64,000 nt of DNA from Eledone cirrhosa (taxonomy: Eukaryota). The stretch spans positions 62,001-126,000 of the forward strand of contig CAXHJY010000079.1 in NCBI GenBank assembly GCA_964016885.1, in the 5' to 3' direction. Shown piece by piece: positions 26,682 to 41,808 of the stretch. The notes under the pieces were generated by a model. That model did not search any database. It saw only the letters and a list, made by a program, of their open reading frames with translations, and was not told the DNA's origin. The first letter of the stretch is position 1. Every line of letters starts with the position of its first letter. The position numbers were made by a program, and so were the translations under genes.

Positions 26682-27698
26682 TTGTATAGGATTGTTACAG
26701 AACTCTCCTTGAAAATAAGGGTATTTCATTTGGACTCCCTTACCCTTAAAACATTGAAGGATATTTTCCAAGATTTTCTTGCGAACACTTTCCATATCAA
26801 AAAGGCATATCGCAGAATGTTTTGATGAAGAAGTACTAAATGCACCCACTAAAAGGGTTATATTCTGCTTAATTGATCTTTTCTGATAATGGTATCTAGA
26901 ATAGGTTGTATGAATAATAGATGCCGCCCGCAGTACACTGTATTCTCCATGTTTTCCCTTGCAACGAAGTGGAGCATCTACAAAGGAGTTTAACTCTGTA
27001 TCGTTTTCACAGAATTGAATTATTTTTGATTCATTGGAATTATCTGTAGAATGGACAGTTAGAAAATAGCTGTAGTCTGAATCACTAAATCCTGTAATGT
27101 ATTGAAGGTCAACATTTTTTCTAAATATATCACTGTATCGGATAGAAGCAAGTTTCTTCCAGTTTTTTTTATGGAACACTCTCCATATTGATATATCTTC
27201 AAGCAGGTCACTCCTAGTGTAACTGGTCGCAAGATATAAGATACCACTTTTATGAGTGATGAATGCAACAGTAGAAGCGTTTCTTTGGTTTGCAGCCATT
27301 GGTTGGTTAATTTCTTTAGAAATGGAAATATTTTCTAAGTTCCTTACTTGGCAGGAACCCTGAAATATACTGCCACATGATATCAACTTGTTTTCTTGAT
27401 TTAAAAGAAGTACTTTGTTGTAGTTCATGGTTAATGAGAGTTCCATTCCACACTCTGTCTTGCTGACAGGTAATGCACACATAGGATTGTCATCTTTAGG
27501 ACCTGTTATGGTTTCTTCAGTCATAGTCAGGTTTAAATCCAGTTGATATATTCGGTTCATAGCTCCAATATACAAGAAACCATCTCTTGTATTTATCACC
27601 ATGTGGTTCAGTGGATTGGAAAAGTTTTGTGATATCAAGGTCACCGAAGAAACCTTGATCCAACAAAGAAGGAAAACTGCTGTCCATAAATGGAGCAT
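26682..27698 (-). CDS. Plexin-like receptor, first coding exon (signal peptide plus most of the Sema domain)
   Basis: 339 codons. Signal peptide MLHLWTAVFLLCWIKVSS; plexin Sema motifs LYIGAMNRIYQL, TGPKDDNPMC, NYNKVLLL, LISCGSIFQGSC, AANQRNASTVAFI, YITGFS..YSYFLTV, SAICLF. Donor CAA|gtaagt at 26681; candidate acceptors at 27874 (long polypyrimidine tract) and 27722. Confidence 0.9.
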
Positions 27699-28892
27699 TT
27701 TATAAATTAATGGTATCTAACCTAGACGGAGAATGTATGTGTAGATTGAAATGTTCCCTATTCATGTGGAAGGACTTGGCCATTGTTTAAATGATCTAAT
27801 TTCTAGGAAATTAGATATTCTAACCATTCTTTATTTTAGCCTTGTCTTTTTTGGGTACATTTTGTTGTCAACCCTGAAAAAGAAAAGAAAAAAAAAGAAA
27901 TTAGATCATAAATTCATTAAATATTTACAGCAAAAAAAAAACAAAAAACAAAAAAAAAACAAAAAACAAAAAAAAAACAAGACTGAATAAAAACTAGTTC
28001 CTTAAATGAAACAATGACTTTCTTGTCTTTGTTTTGTTGTAAAATCACAAAATTGAAAGAGATATCATCATCATCAACATCATTGTTCAAGGTCTATTTC
28101 CACACTAGCATGGGTTAGACAGGTTGTCCTATTTGAGGCAAGTCAGGTCAGATGACTATGTCTGACTCATACAGAACTGTTTCTGGCCTGGCTTCTATGG
28201 CTGGATGCCCTTCCTAATGCCAATAGTGTATTGTTAATTAGTTCTATAGAGGTAGACATAATACATCACTTAATTTAACATCATCATCTGGACTTAAGGA
28301 AGCTTTAACAGAATACATTGTTGTAAGCCATTCAAAGTAGGTCTCCTGTGTTAGGATACCTTCCATTCTTCCTCTTATTAATCTTAGTCAGTCATGGGAA
28401 CTGCCTTTCCTCTTGATTAAGCAACAGTAAAAGAGAAAATAAACAAACAGACTACCATATGCTGTAGTGGTGTAAAACAAACAAGCAATAACTGAATGTA
28501 TTAGTGTATGCAAGACATGTATTTATGTCACAGATCACACATTTTAGGCTGAATGCATGTTTGTGTGTATTAACCCTCTAATGCCTGTTAGTAATAGTTC
28601 CTGACACTTCAAATATTAGGCTCAATGACAAAATTGAAAGCTTGAATGAGCAGTGAAGACTGTTTACTTTAGCAGAACATTTATTACATGCAAACAATTA
28701 TAATATCTGATGGTTGTTGCAGAATAATTCATATAAATCCTGAACCATATGATTTCACTGCCAGTAGAAATAGAGATTTCTATTGGGAATATAAAACTAA
28801 ATTCTGTTGTGTATGCTTTGATAAGTGATGAGAGAGACATTCAAAAGAGGAATTGGTATCAAGGTAGAGAATTCAATACACACACACACATA

Positions 28893-29010
<118 letters not shown>

Positions 29011-29289
29011 ATGGTTGCTATGATGCGTCCATAGGCGGTATGCTGGTTGAGCACTCTATGCTCCTTCGGAGCAGAGTATGTTAAAATTCGAAGGGTCGGA
29101 GCCCGGCAGAAAGAAGATTTGCTTCAAAATCACTAGACGTATCAGAGGAACTTGAGAATCCAGAGTCAGGTTCGATCCACAAACAGATCGCACCTCAAAC
29201 TGTTTGCCGGAGAAACAATTGTAATACGTAATAAATTGTGTTCCGGTGCATCACTGATTCTTCGTTTTCCATTTTATATATATATATAT

Positions 29290-29520
29290 TCCTGTGTTTG
29301 TTTTGTTCTAGTCCTGTAAAAGCTGTTTCTATATTAAACATATACTTTGCTATGTATTGAGTACTTTACTTACTGTGGTTACCACCGATTGAACCTGGGA
29401 TACATACATATATATATATATATCAGTCCCGGGATCACTCAGGGGTAACCAGATTTAGTAAGGTACTCAATACATTAGTAGAGTGTATACAACAAAATTT
29501 AATAATTCTACAGAATTAGA
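29290..29520. mobile_element. Two related short elements tail-to-tail around a (TA)n tract
   Basis: tatactttgctatgtattgagtactttact..ggttacc..cctggga is mirrored by tcccggg..ggtaacc..agtaaggtactcaatacattagtagagtgtata; related piece at 20353-20462. Confidence 0.55.
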
Positions 29521-29659
29521 ACTGTTTCATTCAAAAGATGTATATCATCATCATCACCGTTTTACGTCCGTTCTTCCACGCTAGCATGGGTTAGACGGGT
29601 TGTCCTGTTGTGGGCAGTGTCTGGTCGGCTGACCATGCCTTGCTCATACAGGAACTGTA

Positions 29660-30700
<1,041 letters not shown>

Positions 30701-31252
30701 GTACAATAATATTCTAAGTGTTACAGGGTTAATAAACATCCGATTGAATTGATGGTGGCTACCATGTTTGTTAGGCCAGTGGAGGTCTGTGGAGGTCTGT
30801 GCAGGTCTGTGTAGGTCTGTGTAGGTCTGTGGAGGCCAGTGTTGGCCAGTGGAGGTCTGTGGAGGCCAGTGTTGGCCAGTGGAGGCCAGTGCTGGCTGGT
30901 GTAGTTGGTTTCCACAACCAGAGTGACTAAAGACATAACACAACAACAATTACAATATTTGTAAGCAGACACACAAGGAATGAAGTCTTAGACATCTGGT
31001 GTTAATGGTGAATGTGAAATATTACCACTGAGACACACAACAACTCAATTTGTATGGCTTCAAGTTGGTATATTTGAGATGTTTCTCATTATTTAAAATC
31101 AGGGACTCTGAAAGATGAGATGGAATATTTGAAACTGAAATTCTAAACTTCAATTGAAATTCAATAAAAAATTTAGTTTCTTTACGACGATGATGATGAT
31201 GATCATTGTCCTTTTCCTAGCTAACAAAGGTTAACCTTTCACCCTCATTATG

Positions 31253-31303
<51 letters not shown>

Positions 31304-31431
31304 CAAAGATTAGTGTGGAATATTTTTCCTTTGTTAACATTTTGAATAATATATATATGTGTGCAAGTGTCTCTCTGTATGTGTATGTATATATGTATAT
31401 ACACACATATGTATGAGTGTCTCTGTGTGTG

Positions 31432-31480
<49 letters not shown>

Positions 31481-32057
31481 CAGAAGAAGAAAATACAAAA
31501 AGGAGACTCAAATTTGTTTAAGTAGAAATTATTAGTTAAATATAATATAGTAAATTATTGTTTACAGCAAACAATTGGTTTATACAGGTATACCTAACCC
31601 TCCATTGTTAATTATTTTATACAGGTATACCTCACCCAACACTGTTAATTGGTTCCAGAAGTCAAAATGTAAGTTGTAAAACAACAAATGTCAAATATCC
31701 CCCCCCCCCCCCCCATAAACCACTACTAGGTATTCCCTACATTATTTTATTTTAGTCTTTTTATAATGTGATTTAGTGATTTTATTGTTTTTTTAGTTTA
31801 ATATATTTGATGTAAAATTCAGTCAATCAATTTTTTGGGGGGGAAGATTTGCTAAAATTATTAACTATTTCATTATCCAGTAACTTAACATAGTTCTGAT
31901 ATAAAATTATGTTGGAAGATTTAAATTTAAAGAGGTACAATCTAAAATGTGTAGTTTTAGTTTAAAAAACCCAACAGATCTGGTTTTGGGCAGCTAGGTA
32001 TCAAAAGGGTTATACTCTATATTGTTTATGTAATTAATATTAACTTGGTTTCATTAC

Positions 32058-32146
32058 CTTCTGGCTAATACATCTAATCTCAGTCGGCAACAACATGTAT
32101 AAGTCATCCAAATCCAGACTTCATTGATGGCAAGATTAAACCATAT
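32058..32146 (-). other. Candidate 5' UTR exon of the plexin-like gene
   Basis: Acceptor ttctttacattttcag at 32147 and donor AAG|gtaatg at 32057 bracket 89 nt of unique sequence upstream of the ATG exon; splice signals only. Confidence 0.3.
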
Positions 32147-32427
32147 CTGAAAATGTAAAGAAAACAACAATCAGCAAATACTTGACAATGTTCTGGAATT
32201 AGAGATAAAGTCTGTGACACAGATTTGATGAGATATTTGGAGGGAGACCTTAAGTATACTGCCCACCTCTAGAAGATAGGGTGGCTCACTGAACCTGGAA
32301 AATTCCTCTACAACGATATATTTACATTAGGATTAATGCTAAGGATTTTAAAGGGTGAAATTTTAAAAGAGATATTTGTTTTCTCTACTGACCAGAGATC
32401 CTTGTAGAATGACAGTTGTTCATTTAA

Positions 32428-32633
32428 CCCCTTAGCATTTACATTACTCTATATATACTATTATATTTTCATGGTAAAGGCTTGACCTCACATAATATCG
32501 AATCTATGAAATTTTGAAAGTATTTATTTTGAGAACAATACCTTAACATCAGTTTGAACGACCAGTTACAGCCAGTTTCAACAGAAAGAGGTAGAGATTC
32601 TGGCCGGTTTGGGCCGGTTTGAACATTAAAGGG
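32428..32633 (-). mobile_element. piggyBac-type MITE (inverse copy of 24804-25024)
   Basis: TTAA-ccccttagcattt ... ttaaaggg-TTAA; internal sequence is the reverse complement of the first copy. Confidence 0.8.
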
Positions 32634-32869
32634 TTAATATTGGATTTTATTTTGACTCACAAAATATACCAGGGGAGGTAATCTTTTTATATATTTATAT
32701 TGTTTTTGTAGATAACTCACATCTTTAGAATAGGTTGTTGTAGATTATTTGTTGTGGATGAGGTTTTCTAGGCAAATTGTTGCAGATAATTGTATTTGCA
32801 GATAAATTGTATTTGCAGATAAATTGTATTTGTAGAGGAATTGTTTATAAATTGTATTTGTAGAAGGTG

Positions 32870-33078
32870 GTGGATTGGCAGTATGAGTAGAGCATCAGGC
32901 ATGCTTTACAGCATTGAGTTATGACTCTTTACATTATGAGTTCAAATCCTGACAAGGATAGCTTTGCCTTTCATCCTTACGGGGTGATAAAATAAAGTAC
33001 CAGTAATACACTGAGGATGATGTAATCAACTTTCCCCTCCCTTAAAATTGTTGTCTTGTGCCTAAATCAGAAACAATT
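32870..33078 (+). mobile_element. Deu/Nin-like SINE
   Basis: gattggcagtatgagtagagc...gagttcaaatcc...ctttgcctttcatccttacgggg.gataaaataaagtaccag. Confidence 0.7.
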
Positions 33079-33162
33079 ATTATTATTGCGACGATGAGAA
33101 CGATGAAAATGAAATAAAAGTATTTGTGTCCTCATCACACTTTCCATAATGTAACTTGCAGT

Positions 33163-34390
33163 ACTACTACCACCAGCACTAGCACCACAACCACTGCTAC
33201 TACTACTACCAGCACTAGCACCACAACCACTGCTACTACTACTACCAGCACTAGCACCACAACCACTGCTACTACTACTACCAGCACTAGCACCACAACC
33301 ACTGCTACTACTACTACCAGCACTAGCACCACAACCACTGCTACTACTACTACCAGCACTAGCACCACAACCACTGCTACTACTACTACCAGCACTAGCA
33401 CCACAACCACTGCTACTACTACTACCAGCACTAGCACCACAACCACTGCTACTACTACTACCAGCACTAGCACCACAACCACCACTATTACCACCAGCAC
33501 TAGCACCACAACCACCACTATTACCATCAGCACTAGCACCACAACCACTACTACTACTACCAGCACTAGCACCACAACCACTGCTACTACTACTACCAGC
33601 ACTAGCACCACAACCACCACTATTACCACCAGCACTAGCACCACAACCACCACTATTACCATCAGCACTAGCACCACAACCACTACTACTACTACCAGCA
33701 CTAGCACCACAACCACTGCTACTACTACTACCAGCACTAGCACCACAACCACCACTATTACCACCAGCACTAGCACCACAACCACCACTATTACCATCAG
33801 CACTAGCACCACAACCACTACTACTACTACCAGCACTAGCACCACAACCACTGCTACTACTACTACTACCAGCACTAGCACCACAACCACCACTATTACC
33901 ACAAGCACTAGCACCACAACCACCACTATTACCATCAGCACTAGCACACAACCACTACTACTACTACCAGCACTAGCACCACAACCACTGCTACTACTAC
34001 TACCAGCACTAGCACCACAACCACCACTATTACCACCAGCACTAGCACCACAACCGCTGCTACTACTACAAGCACTAGCACCACAACCACTACTACTACT
34101 ACAAGCACTAGCACCACAACCACTACTACTACAAGCACTAGCACCACAACCACTAACCACTACTACTACCACCAGCACCAGCACCACCACCACTACTACC
34201 ACCATCACCACCACCACTACTACCACGATCACCACCATCACCACCACCATCAACACCACCACCACCACTACTACCACCATCACCACCACCACCACCACTA
34301 GCACCACCACCGCCACCACCACTACCACCACCACCACTACCACCACCACCACCACCCCCAGTACCACCACCACCACTACTACTACTACTA
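33163..34390. repeat. 33-36-bp minisatellite grading into (ACC/ACT)n
   Basis: Unit ccagcactagcaccacaaccactgctactactacta. Confidence 0.95.
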
Positions 34391-36825
34391 ATGTATTAAA
34401 TCAGTCCAAAATCCAAATGAAATATCCAGAAAAAATATCCAAATTTTAATAACTTTAAGGAAAATGTATTTACAGAAACTGAAATGAAAAATGTTAGACT
34501 TTTTTATGTAAATATTTTTAATATCTATTTTTCTGTATTGTCACGGGTGGGATGATTTACTTGGTATATAGCAAATGTTGTTACGGTTGGTTGGTTTTCC
34601 AACTACTGTCAACTCAACCGTGAAATTAGAGTAGAATGTGTGTGTGTGCATCTATGTGTGTGTTTGTGTGCATCTATGTGTGTGTTTGTGTGCATCTGTG
34701 TGTGTGTGTGTGTGATTGTGTTTGTTTAGTCAGGCAAACTGGAACAAGTAAAGTTAGATGAATTGTTCATAGCTATGAAACAAAGGGTTGAACTCATGAC
34801 CATGTACTTATGAGCAGATGTATAATGAAAGGCACTCCACTTATGGCCATCCCATCTTTTTTTCCCAGGCAAGGTGCACGTATGTAGGACCATATCTAAT
34901 GCATCTGTCTTTTAACAAGACAATGGGGGAGTGATTTGAGGGGAATTTGGCTGCCACATCTAGCAGGTGAAGACACCACATAGAAGCTTCCTTGTGAGAT
35001 ATATACTAGTACAGGGGTCTCGAACTTAAGGACTTAAAAGGGCCATTATGTCTTGAGGGAGAGGCCGAGGGGACCTAACGAGTGGTCGTGGTGGTTGGTG
35101 AGGGGGATGTGATTTCTACCAGTTATAATAATGCTATACAGCTGATAGTCTTTATAACATTATAACTATCATATATGTATTTATCAAACTAAATACACAT
35201 ATGACAGTCACCTAAATGGGAAATGTGAAATAAAATTAAATATAGTCAAACAAATTTTCTGTTTCAAATTTTACATAATTTCATTTTTACTTTTCATAAA
35301 TTCCCTTTGTTCTGTTTTCATTTTTGATAAATTCCATTTTATTCCATTTTATTGTAATTTGTGGATAAATCACAATAAATCGTATTATAAGTATTATTAA
35401 AACAGGGACAAAATACCAAGTTTAAAAATATTAGTCCTAAAATGGTTCTATCACACGTCATAGAATAGTAGTTTGCTCTCTACAGGTTAGAGACTCATGT
35501 GTTGTATATGACATTGCTGTTGACCGACTGAAATATCATCACGCTAGCATGGGTTAGACAGATTGTCCTATTGTGAAACAAGTCAGATCAGATGACCAGG
35601 TCTTGCTAATACAGAACTGCCACCCACATTTACAGTGTGTGCTCTGTGCTTTTTGCTGCAACACCTACACAACCACTTTACAGTGTAGACTGGGCACTCT
35701 TTGTCACATCACCAACACAACCATCATTCATGCTATAATGAGTTTTTGATTTTATGATAAGTATATATGGTCCAGTGATTTGAGCTCATGATTGTAAGGT
35801 CGTGGTTTAAATATTTTGACTAAGCAGTACATTAAATCCTTCAACAAGGGCCCATTGCAGTCTTTAAGCATATCATTTTATTTTATATTGCTTTAGTCCA
35901 CTCAGCTGAAAAACAAATGAGTTCCAGTAACAGGTGGAGATTTAACTTTTCAATGGACAGGCATCTTATCCATGAGGGAGTGTAGTAATCTCACTTACTT
36001 AAGGCTTTGTCAAACCAATTTAACATTAAAATGAACAATATTATTGCAGGTATTTAAAGACAGGCTGGTATGATTAATATGATTTTAAACTAAATAAATA
36101 AAAAGCCTGCCCTGAAAGAGATATCATTTACTATAGCAAACAGTTCAGTAATGTGAAGTATATAAAGTGGTTTTGTATAAAGAGGCTTAGAAAATCATTA
36201 TATAGCTAATGATTCACTAGAACATTTTTTTGACTCCACTGATGTTAAAATGTGCTAAACACTGCTTGACTGCAAGACTGCTGAATGATTCATTAATTTT
36301 CTCTTCTTCCTGGATGGACAACTAATATCAACTGGCATTTGATACATCCATGGTGCTTATCAGTATTGACCATCATTATTTAATTGCTAGTTTCCTTCAC
36401 AGGATATATTGTCTGAGGTTTTTTGTTTTTGTATATGTCTCCTGTCTGTCTCTCTACATTTAATTCTTGCTTTTATTTTTCTCTTCTGTTTGTTTCCACT
36501 GATACATATCGTCGTAGAAAGTACGGGTGTCAACATGTCATTACAATTCATTATTTCCAACAAAATAAGATGATGGAGGTGGAATTGACAGATATGCTAG
36601 ATTTTCATCTCTGGTATAAATGTCTAACAGATTTAAATGAGGCAGTCTGTATGGCCTGGTGGCCTGTACATGGTGGTTTAAGACAGGCTGGGAATTTACA
36701 GAATTGTTAGAGCATCAGACAAAATACTTTATTCTATGGTATTTCTTCTAATTATCTCAATGTTCTGAGTTCAAATCCCACTTGAGGTCAACTTTCCCTT
36801 TCATTCATCCTGTTTACTTTTTACT

Positions 36826-36902
<77 letters not shown>

Positions 36903-36904
<2 letters not shown>

Positions 36905-36980
36905 GGGTGTCCCACAAAATTATATACACTTTGATTAGAATGCTGTTGAAGTGTGTATACATTTTTGGGGACCCCCCTAA
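36903..36980. mobile_element. Miniature Tc1/mariner-like inverted-repeat element
   Basis: tagggtgtcccacaaaattatatacactt vs aagtgtgtatacatttttggggaccccccta; TA-flanked; end resembles CAGGGTGTCCCAAAA-type TIRs. Confidence 0.5.
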
Positions 36981-37199
36981 TATATATATATATAATATAT
37001 ATAGTGTAGTGAAAAATCAGAAGGTTATATCCAAATCTGGTTGAGCACTCAATCAAAAGGACAAGTTGGGTATAGAGTTAATTCGACAACAAATATCGTT
37101 TGGTAATAATTGATGTGGAATTAATTCGCCCTCTCTTTATATATATCTTTCTCTCTCTTTATATATATATATACAATATATACAAAAAGAGGGAGAAAG

Positions 37200-37205
37200 A
37201 CACAT

Positions 37206-37246
<41 letters not shown>

Positions 37247-37311
37247 AAGAAAGAGAGAGAGAGAAATAGAGAGAGAAATAGAGAGAGAAAGAGAGAGAAA
37301 GAGAGAGAGAA

Positions 37312-37356
<45 letters not shown>

Positions 37357-39220
37357 TGAAGAGAGAGAGAGAGAGAGAGAAGAAGAATATAGCAGTGATC
37401 TTCTGGGATATGGAAGAAGTAAAAGAAATGAATCCCGAAAGTATTCTAGAATCCTCCATTGGTGAGACATGGAAGAGTGAGGAAGCTTGGCAGAAGAAAT
37501 AGATGGGGAATAATGGATTATAAAATATTGATACTGGATAACTATATTATCTCTGGTGGTGGTGGTGGTGGTGGTGGTGGTAGGTGTATATGTGGTGGTG
37601 GTGTGGTGGTGGTGGTGGTGGTATATCTGGTGGTAGTGGTAGTGGTATATCTGGTGGTGGTGGTAGGTGTATATATGGTGGGTTGAGAGAAGGGGGAGGA
37701 CACTGTCATTAGATCTGACAGGTGTCAGTGTATAAATGGTCAGCTGAGAGAGGGGGAGGGAGAAAGGGAGAGGGGGAGAGCAAAGGAGAGGGGGAGAGCA
37801 AAGAAGAGGGGAGAGAGACATAGAAGAGAAGTGGAGAGGGGAGAGAGGGGGGAGAGGAGGGGGGAGAGGAGGGGGGAGAGGAGGGGGGAGAGGAGGGGGA
37901 GAGAGTGAGAGAAGTGGGGAGAGAGAGAGTGAGAGAAGGGGAGAGGGGGAGAGAGTGAGAGAGGGGGAGAGAGTGAGAGGAGAGAGAAAAGAAGAGGGGA
38001 GAGAGACATAGAAGGAAAGAGAAAAGTGATGAGAGAGAGAGAGGTGAGGAGAGAGAGAGAGGTGGGGAGAGAGAGAGAGGTGGGGAGAGAGAGAGAGGTG
38101 AGGAGAGAGAGAGAGGTGAGGAGAGAGAGAGAGGTGGGGAGAGAGAGAGAGGTGGGGAGAGAGAGAGGTGAGGAGAGAGAGAGGTGGGGAGAGAGAGAGG
38201 TGGGGAGAGAGAGAGAGGTGGGGAGAGAGAGAGAGAGGTGGGGAGAGAGAGAGAGAGGTGAGGAGAGAGAGAGAGGTGAGGAGAGAGAGAGAGGTGAGGA
38301 GAGAGGTGAGGAGAGAGGTGAGGAGAGAGGTGAGGAGAGAGGTGAGGAGAGAGGTGAGGTGAGGAGAGAGGTGAGGTGGGGAGAGAGAGAGGTGGGGAGA
38401 GAGAGAGAGGTGAGGAGAGAGAGAGAGGTGAGGAGAGGAGAGAGAGAGGAGAGGAGAGGGAGAGGAGAGAGAGAGAGAGGTGAGGAGAGAGAGAGGTGAG
38501 GAGAGAGAGAGAGGTGAGGAGAGAGAGAGAGGGGGGTGGGGAGAGAGAGAGAGGGGGGTGGGGAGAGAGAGAGGTGGGGGGAGAGAGAGGTGGGGGGAGA
38601 GAGAGAGGTGAGGAGAGAGAGAGAGGTGGGGAGAGAGAGAGAGGTGGGGAGAGAGAGAGAGAGGTGGGGAGAGAGAGAGGTGGGGAGAGAGAGAGGTGGG
38701 GAGAGAGAGAGGTGGGGAGAGGAGAGAGAGAGGTGAGGAGAGAGAGAGGTGAGGAGAGAGAGAGGTGGGGAGAGAGAGAGGTGGGGAGAGAGAGAGGTGG
38801 GGAGAGAGAGAGGTGGGGAGAGAGAGAGGTGGGGACAGAGAGAGGTGGGGAGAGGAGAGAGAGAGGTGAGGAGAGAGAGAGAGGTGAGGAGAGAGAGAGG
38901 TGAGGGAGAGAGAGAGGTGAGGAGAGAGAGGTGGGAGAGAGAGAGGTGAGGAGAGAGAGAGGTGGGGAGAGAGAGAGGTGGGGAGAGAGAGAGGTGGGGA
39001 GAGAGAGGTGGGGAGAGAGAGGTGGGGAGAGAGAGAGAGGTGGGGAGAGAGAGAGGTGAGGAGAGTGAGAGAGAGAGGTGGGAGAGAGAGAGGTGGGGAG
39101 AGAGAGAGGTGGGGAGAGAGAGAGAGGTGGGGAGAGAGAGAGAGGTGGGGAGAGAGAGAGAGGTGGGGAGAGAGAGAGGTGAGGAGAGAGAGAGGTGGGG
39201 AGAGAGAGAGGTGAGGAGAA
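37200..39220. repeat. GA-rich polypurine microsatellite/minisatellite complex
   Basis: (GA)n, (GGT)n and gagagagaggtgggga units. Confidence 0.95.
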
Positions 39221-40409
39221 GCCAATTATTTCATGTTTAGAAACAGCAGAACTTTCTACCTAACTTCTACTAGAGTATTGCTTCTCTTAGACTTATGTAG
39301 TCTTTGATATAGTATATTAGAAAATAAGGTGTGGCAGTCATGATTGGAAGGTCTCTGAGTATAGATCTGTTTTCTAAGGACTAGCAAGTGGTAAGGGTTG
39401 ATGAGGCTAAGCAACAACAACATAGATCTGCTTGATAACGGGTTATGGACGGTAACGGGGGGGGGGGGGGGGTAAGGGCTGACAAGAGCGAAGTGTTGAT
39501 GAGGGCTAAGGGCTGATGAGGGTTAAATGTTGGTCTGAGTGTTGGTGAGGGCTAAGGGCTGACAAGGGGTTAAGGACTGTAAAGGAGCTAAAAACTGAGG
39601 AGCTAAGAGCTGACAAATGGTTAAGGGTTTTAAAGGGGCTAAGCAACAACATAGATCTGCTTGATAAGGGCTGATTAGAAGATATGCAACAACAACAGCA
39701 ATAAATCACAACAAGGATACACAATAACTCTGGAATTAAAAGTTTGACAGTTTACAATATGGTCAACCATATTACTACAGCTAATAGTGTTGTACCACTG
39801 GTCAAGGTAAAATATCTTTGATTCAGTTACTGTTGATATCTTAAGTCCAGATCAATTGTGATTTGACAGAGATGTGATCATATCATGGCCTTCACACTCT
39901 TTGATAGCTGGAGATAAATAAGGTCAGTATAGCTTAGTTAGATAATAACAACATGGCTGAATGTTAAAACACAAGAGTAGTGAGAGATAAACTGTGCATT
40001 AGAGGTATCAGCTGTGATGTCTAAGAGACAAAGCTGAGCTGGTATGGTCATGTGATGTGTATAAAACAAGACTAACAGTACTAAGGGGCTTTTGGAGTCA
40101 ATACAATACCAATGTAGTAAAAACCAAAGCTTAAGTATATTGAAACAAATTATTTTAAATCATTTTGACACCATTTTTAACTATCAAAACTATAAGATGA
40201 TTCAACAAGTTTCCATATTATTGGAAAGAAAATGTAGCTACAAAAATAAAGATGGTGATTGTGAAGCTGAGTGTATCTAAGATTACATTGTACAATGGTG
40301 GGTTTTGATTTGAAGGAGATTTGACTGCTATGTTTAGCACATCAAGCAACCACAAAGTCTCTTTCTGCCTTATTGGCACGTGATTGAGTCAGTTTTACTT
40401 GATTGGCAA

Positions 40410-40485
40410 CTGTTGCTGTTGCTATTGTTGTTGCTGCTATTGTTGCTGCTGTTGTTGTTGTTGCTGCTGCTGTTGCTGCTGCTGT

Positions 40486-40532
<47 letters not shown>

Positions 40533-40790
40533 CTGCTATTGTTGCTGCTGTTGTTGTTGTACAGTTCAATGTTTTAGCAATATGATAAGTATTTGGTTTA
40601 ACAACAACAATTGGTGCAACTAAAGTATCATCCCTTGCCATAATACCATAAAAATATACATATACTACACCCCCCTCATCACCAGTCCCTCCACCTCTAC
40701 TACTACCACCGCCACCACTACCACCACTGCCACCAACACCACCACCACCACTGCCGCCAACACCACCACCACCACCACAACTAATAATAG
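40410..40790. repeat. (GTT/GCT)n and (CCA)n microsatellites
   Basis: Trinucleotide runs. Confidence 0.9.
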
Positions 40791-41643
40791 CAACAACAAA
40801 CAATAAACTTATCAAAGTTATCAAAAAGCTTAATCAATTCACAAGGAGCCAGAATATTGGTTTTCTTTATTACTTATGGATCAGGAATAAAATTCAAAAT
40901 AGGTCCACTCCTAGATTTATTAAATATACATACACACACATATATATAAATATATATACACATGTTATATATATTTCTATGTTATATATATATATATAAA
41001 TATATATATACATGTTATATATATAAATATATATATATACATTCATATTATATATATATTTAATATATATGGCCCCCAGCCCAACTGAGAATTCAGTGTT
41101 CCTGCTTGAGTACTGACTCGGTCTGTGAACATCCATCCAATCCTTGCTAGCAGGGAAAACGGATGTAAAATGATGAGAATAATATATATATATCTGTATA
41201 TACATATATACACAGACACGTGTATGTATGGGTATATCTATCTATATATATACATATATGTGTATGTGTAATATAGACAGGCTAATTAATGCTGGAGACA
41301 AATTTCTTGCAAAGCAGGAATCCATCCTAACAACAGAATCCATAATCAGATTGTATCAATGTTGGTTTTTAAAAAAAACAACTCACCAACAATAAATTGT
41401 TTTAAAGTCTTTGATCTTTATTATGTGGTATTTTAGAAAAAAATCCCCAGAGTGGATTGAGCCAGAAATACATATGATTATTATAGAGTTGTTCCCTATA
41501 GACTTTCCATGAAGGGGAGTGGTTTAGTGTTTAGGGTGATTGGTTAATGATTATATAGTGGCAGTGTCCCAGTATGGCCCCAGCCTGTTGGCTGGAACAT
41601 GTGATAGAGTGATAGAATTATAGTCAGGAGTCTGGTCCACTGT

Positions 41644-41808
41644 GAGCCAAGCATTTTGTTTTTTGAGCCAAGCATTTTGGTTTTTGAGCCAAGCATTTTG
41701 TTTTTTGAGCCAAGCATTTTATTTTTTGAGTCAAGCTTTTTGTTTTTTGAGACAAGCATTTTATTTTTTGAGTCAAGCTTTTTGTTTATTGAGCTAAGCA
41801 TTTTATTT
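41644..41808. repeat. 21-bp tandem repeat inside a SINE-like relic
   Basis: Unit gagccaagcattttgtttttt, ~8 copies. Confidence 0.85.

Noticed and set aside
33067-34449. Mucin-like Thr/Ser-rich and Gly/Ser-rich ORFs
   Set aside because: Open in several frames on both strands because of a 33/36-bp minisatellite; no signal peptide or convincing splice context.
37159-39240. 688-aa SLSP-rich and ER-rich ORFs
   Set aside because: Products of GA-rich simple repeats.
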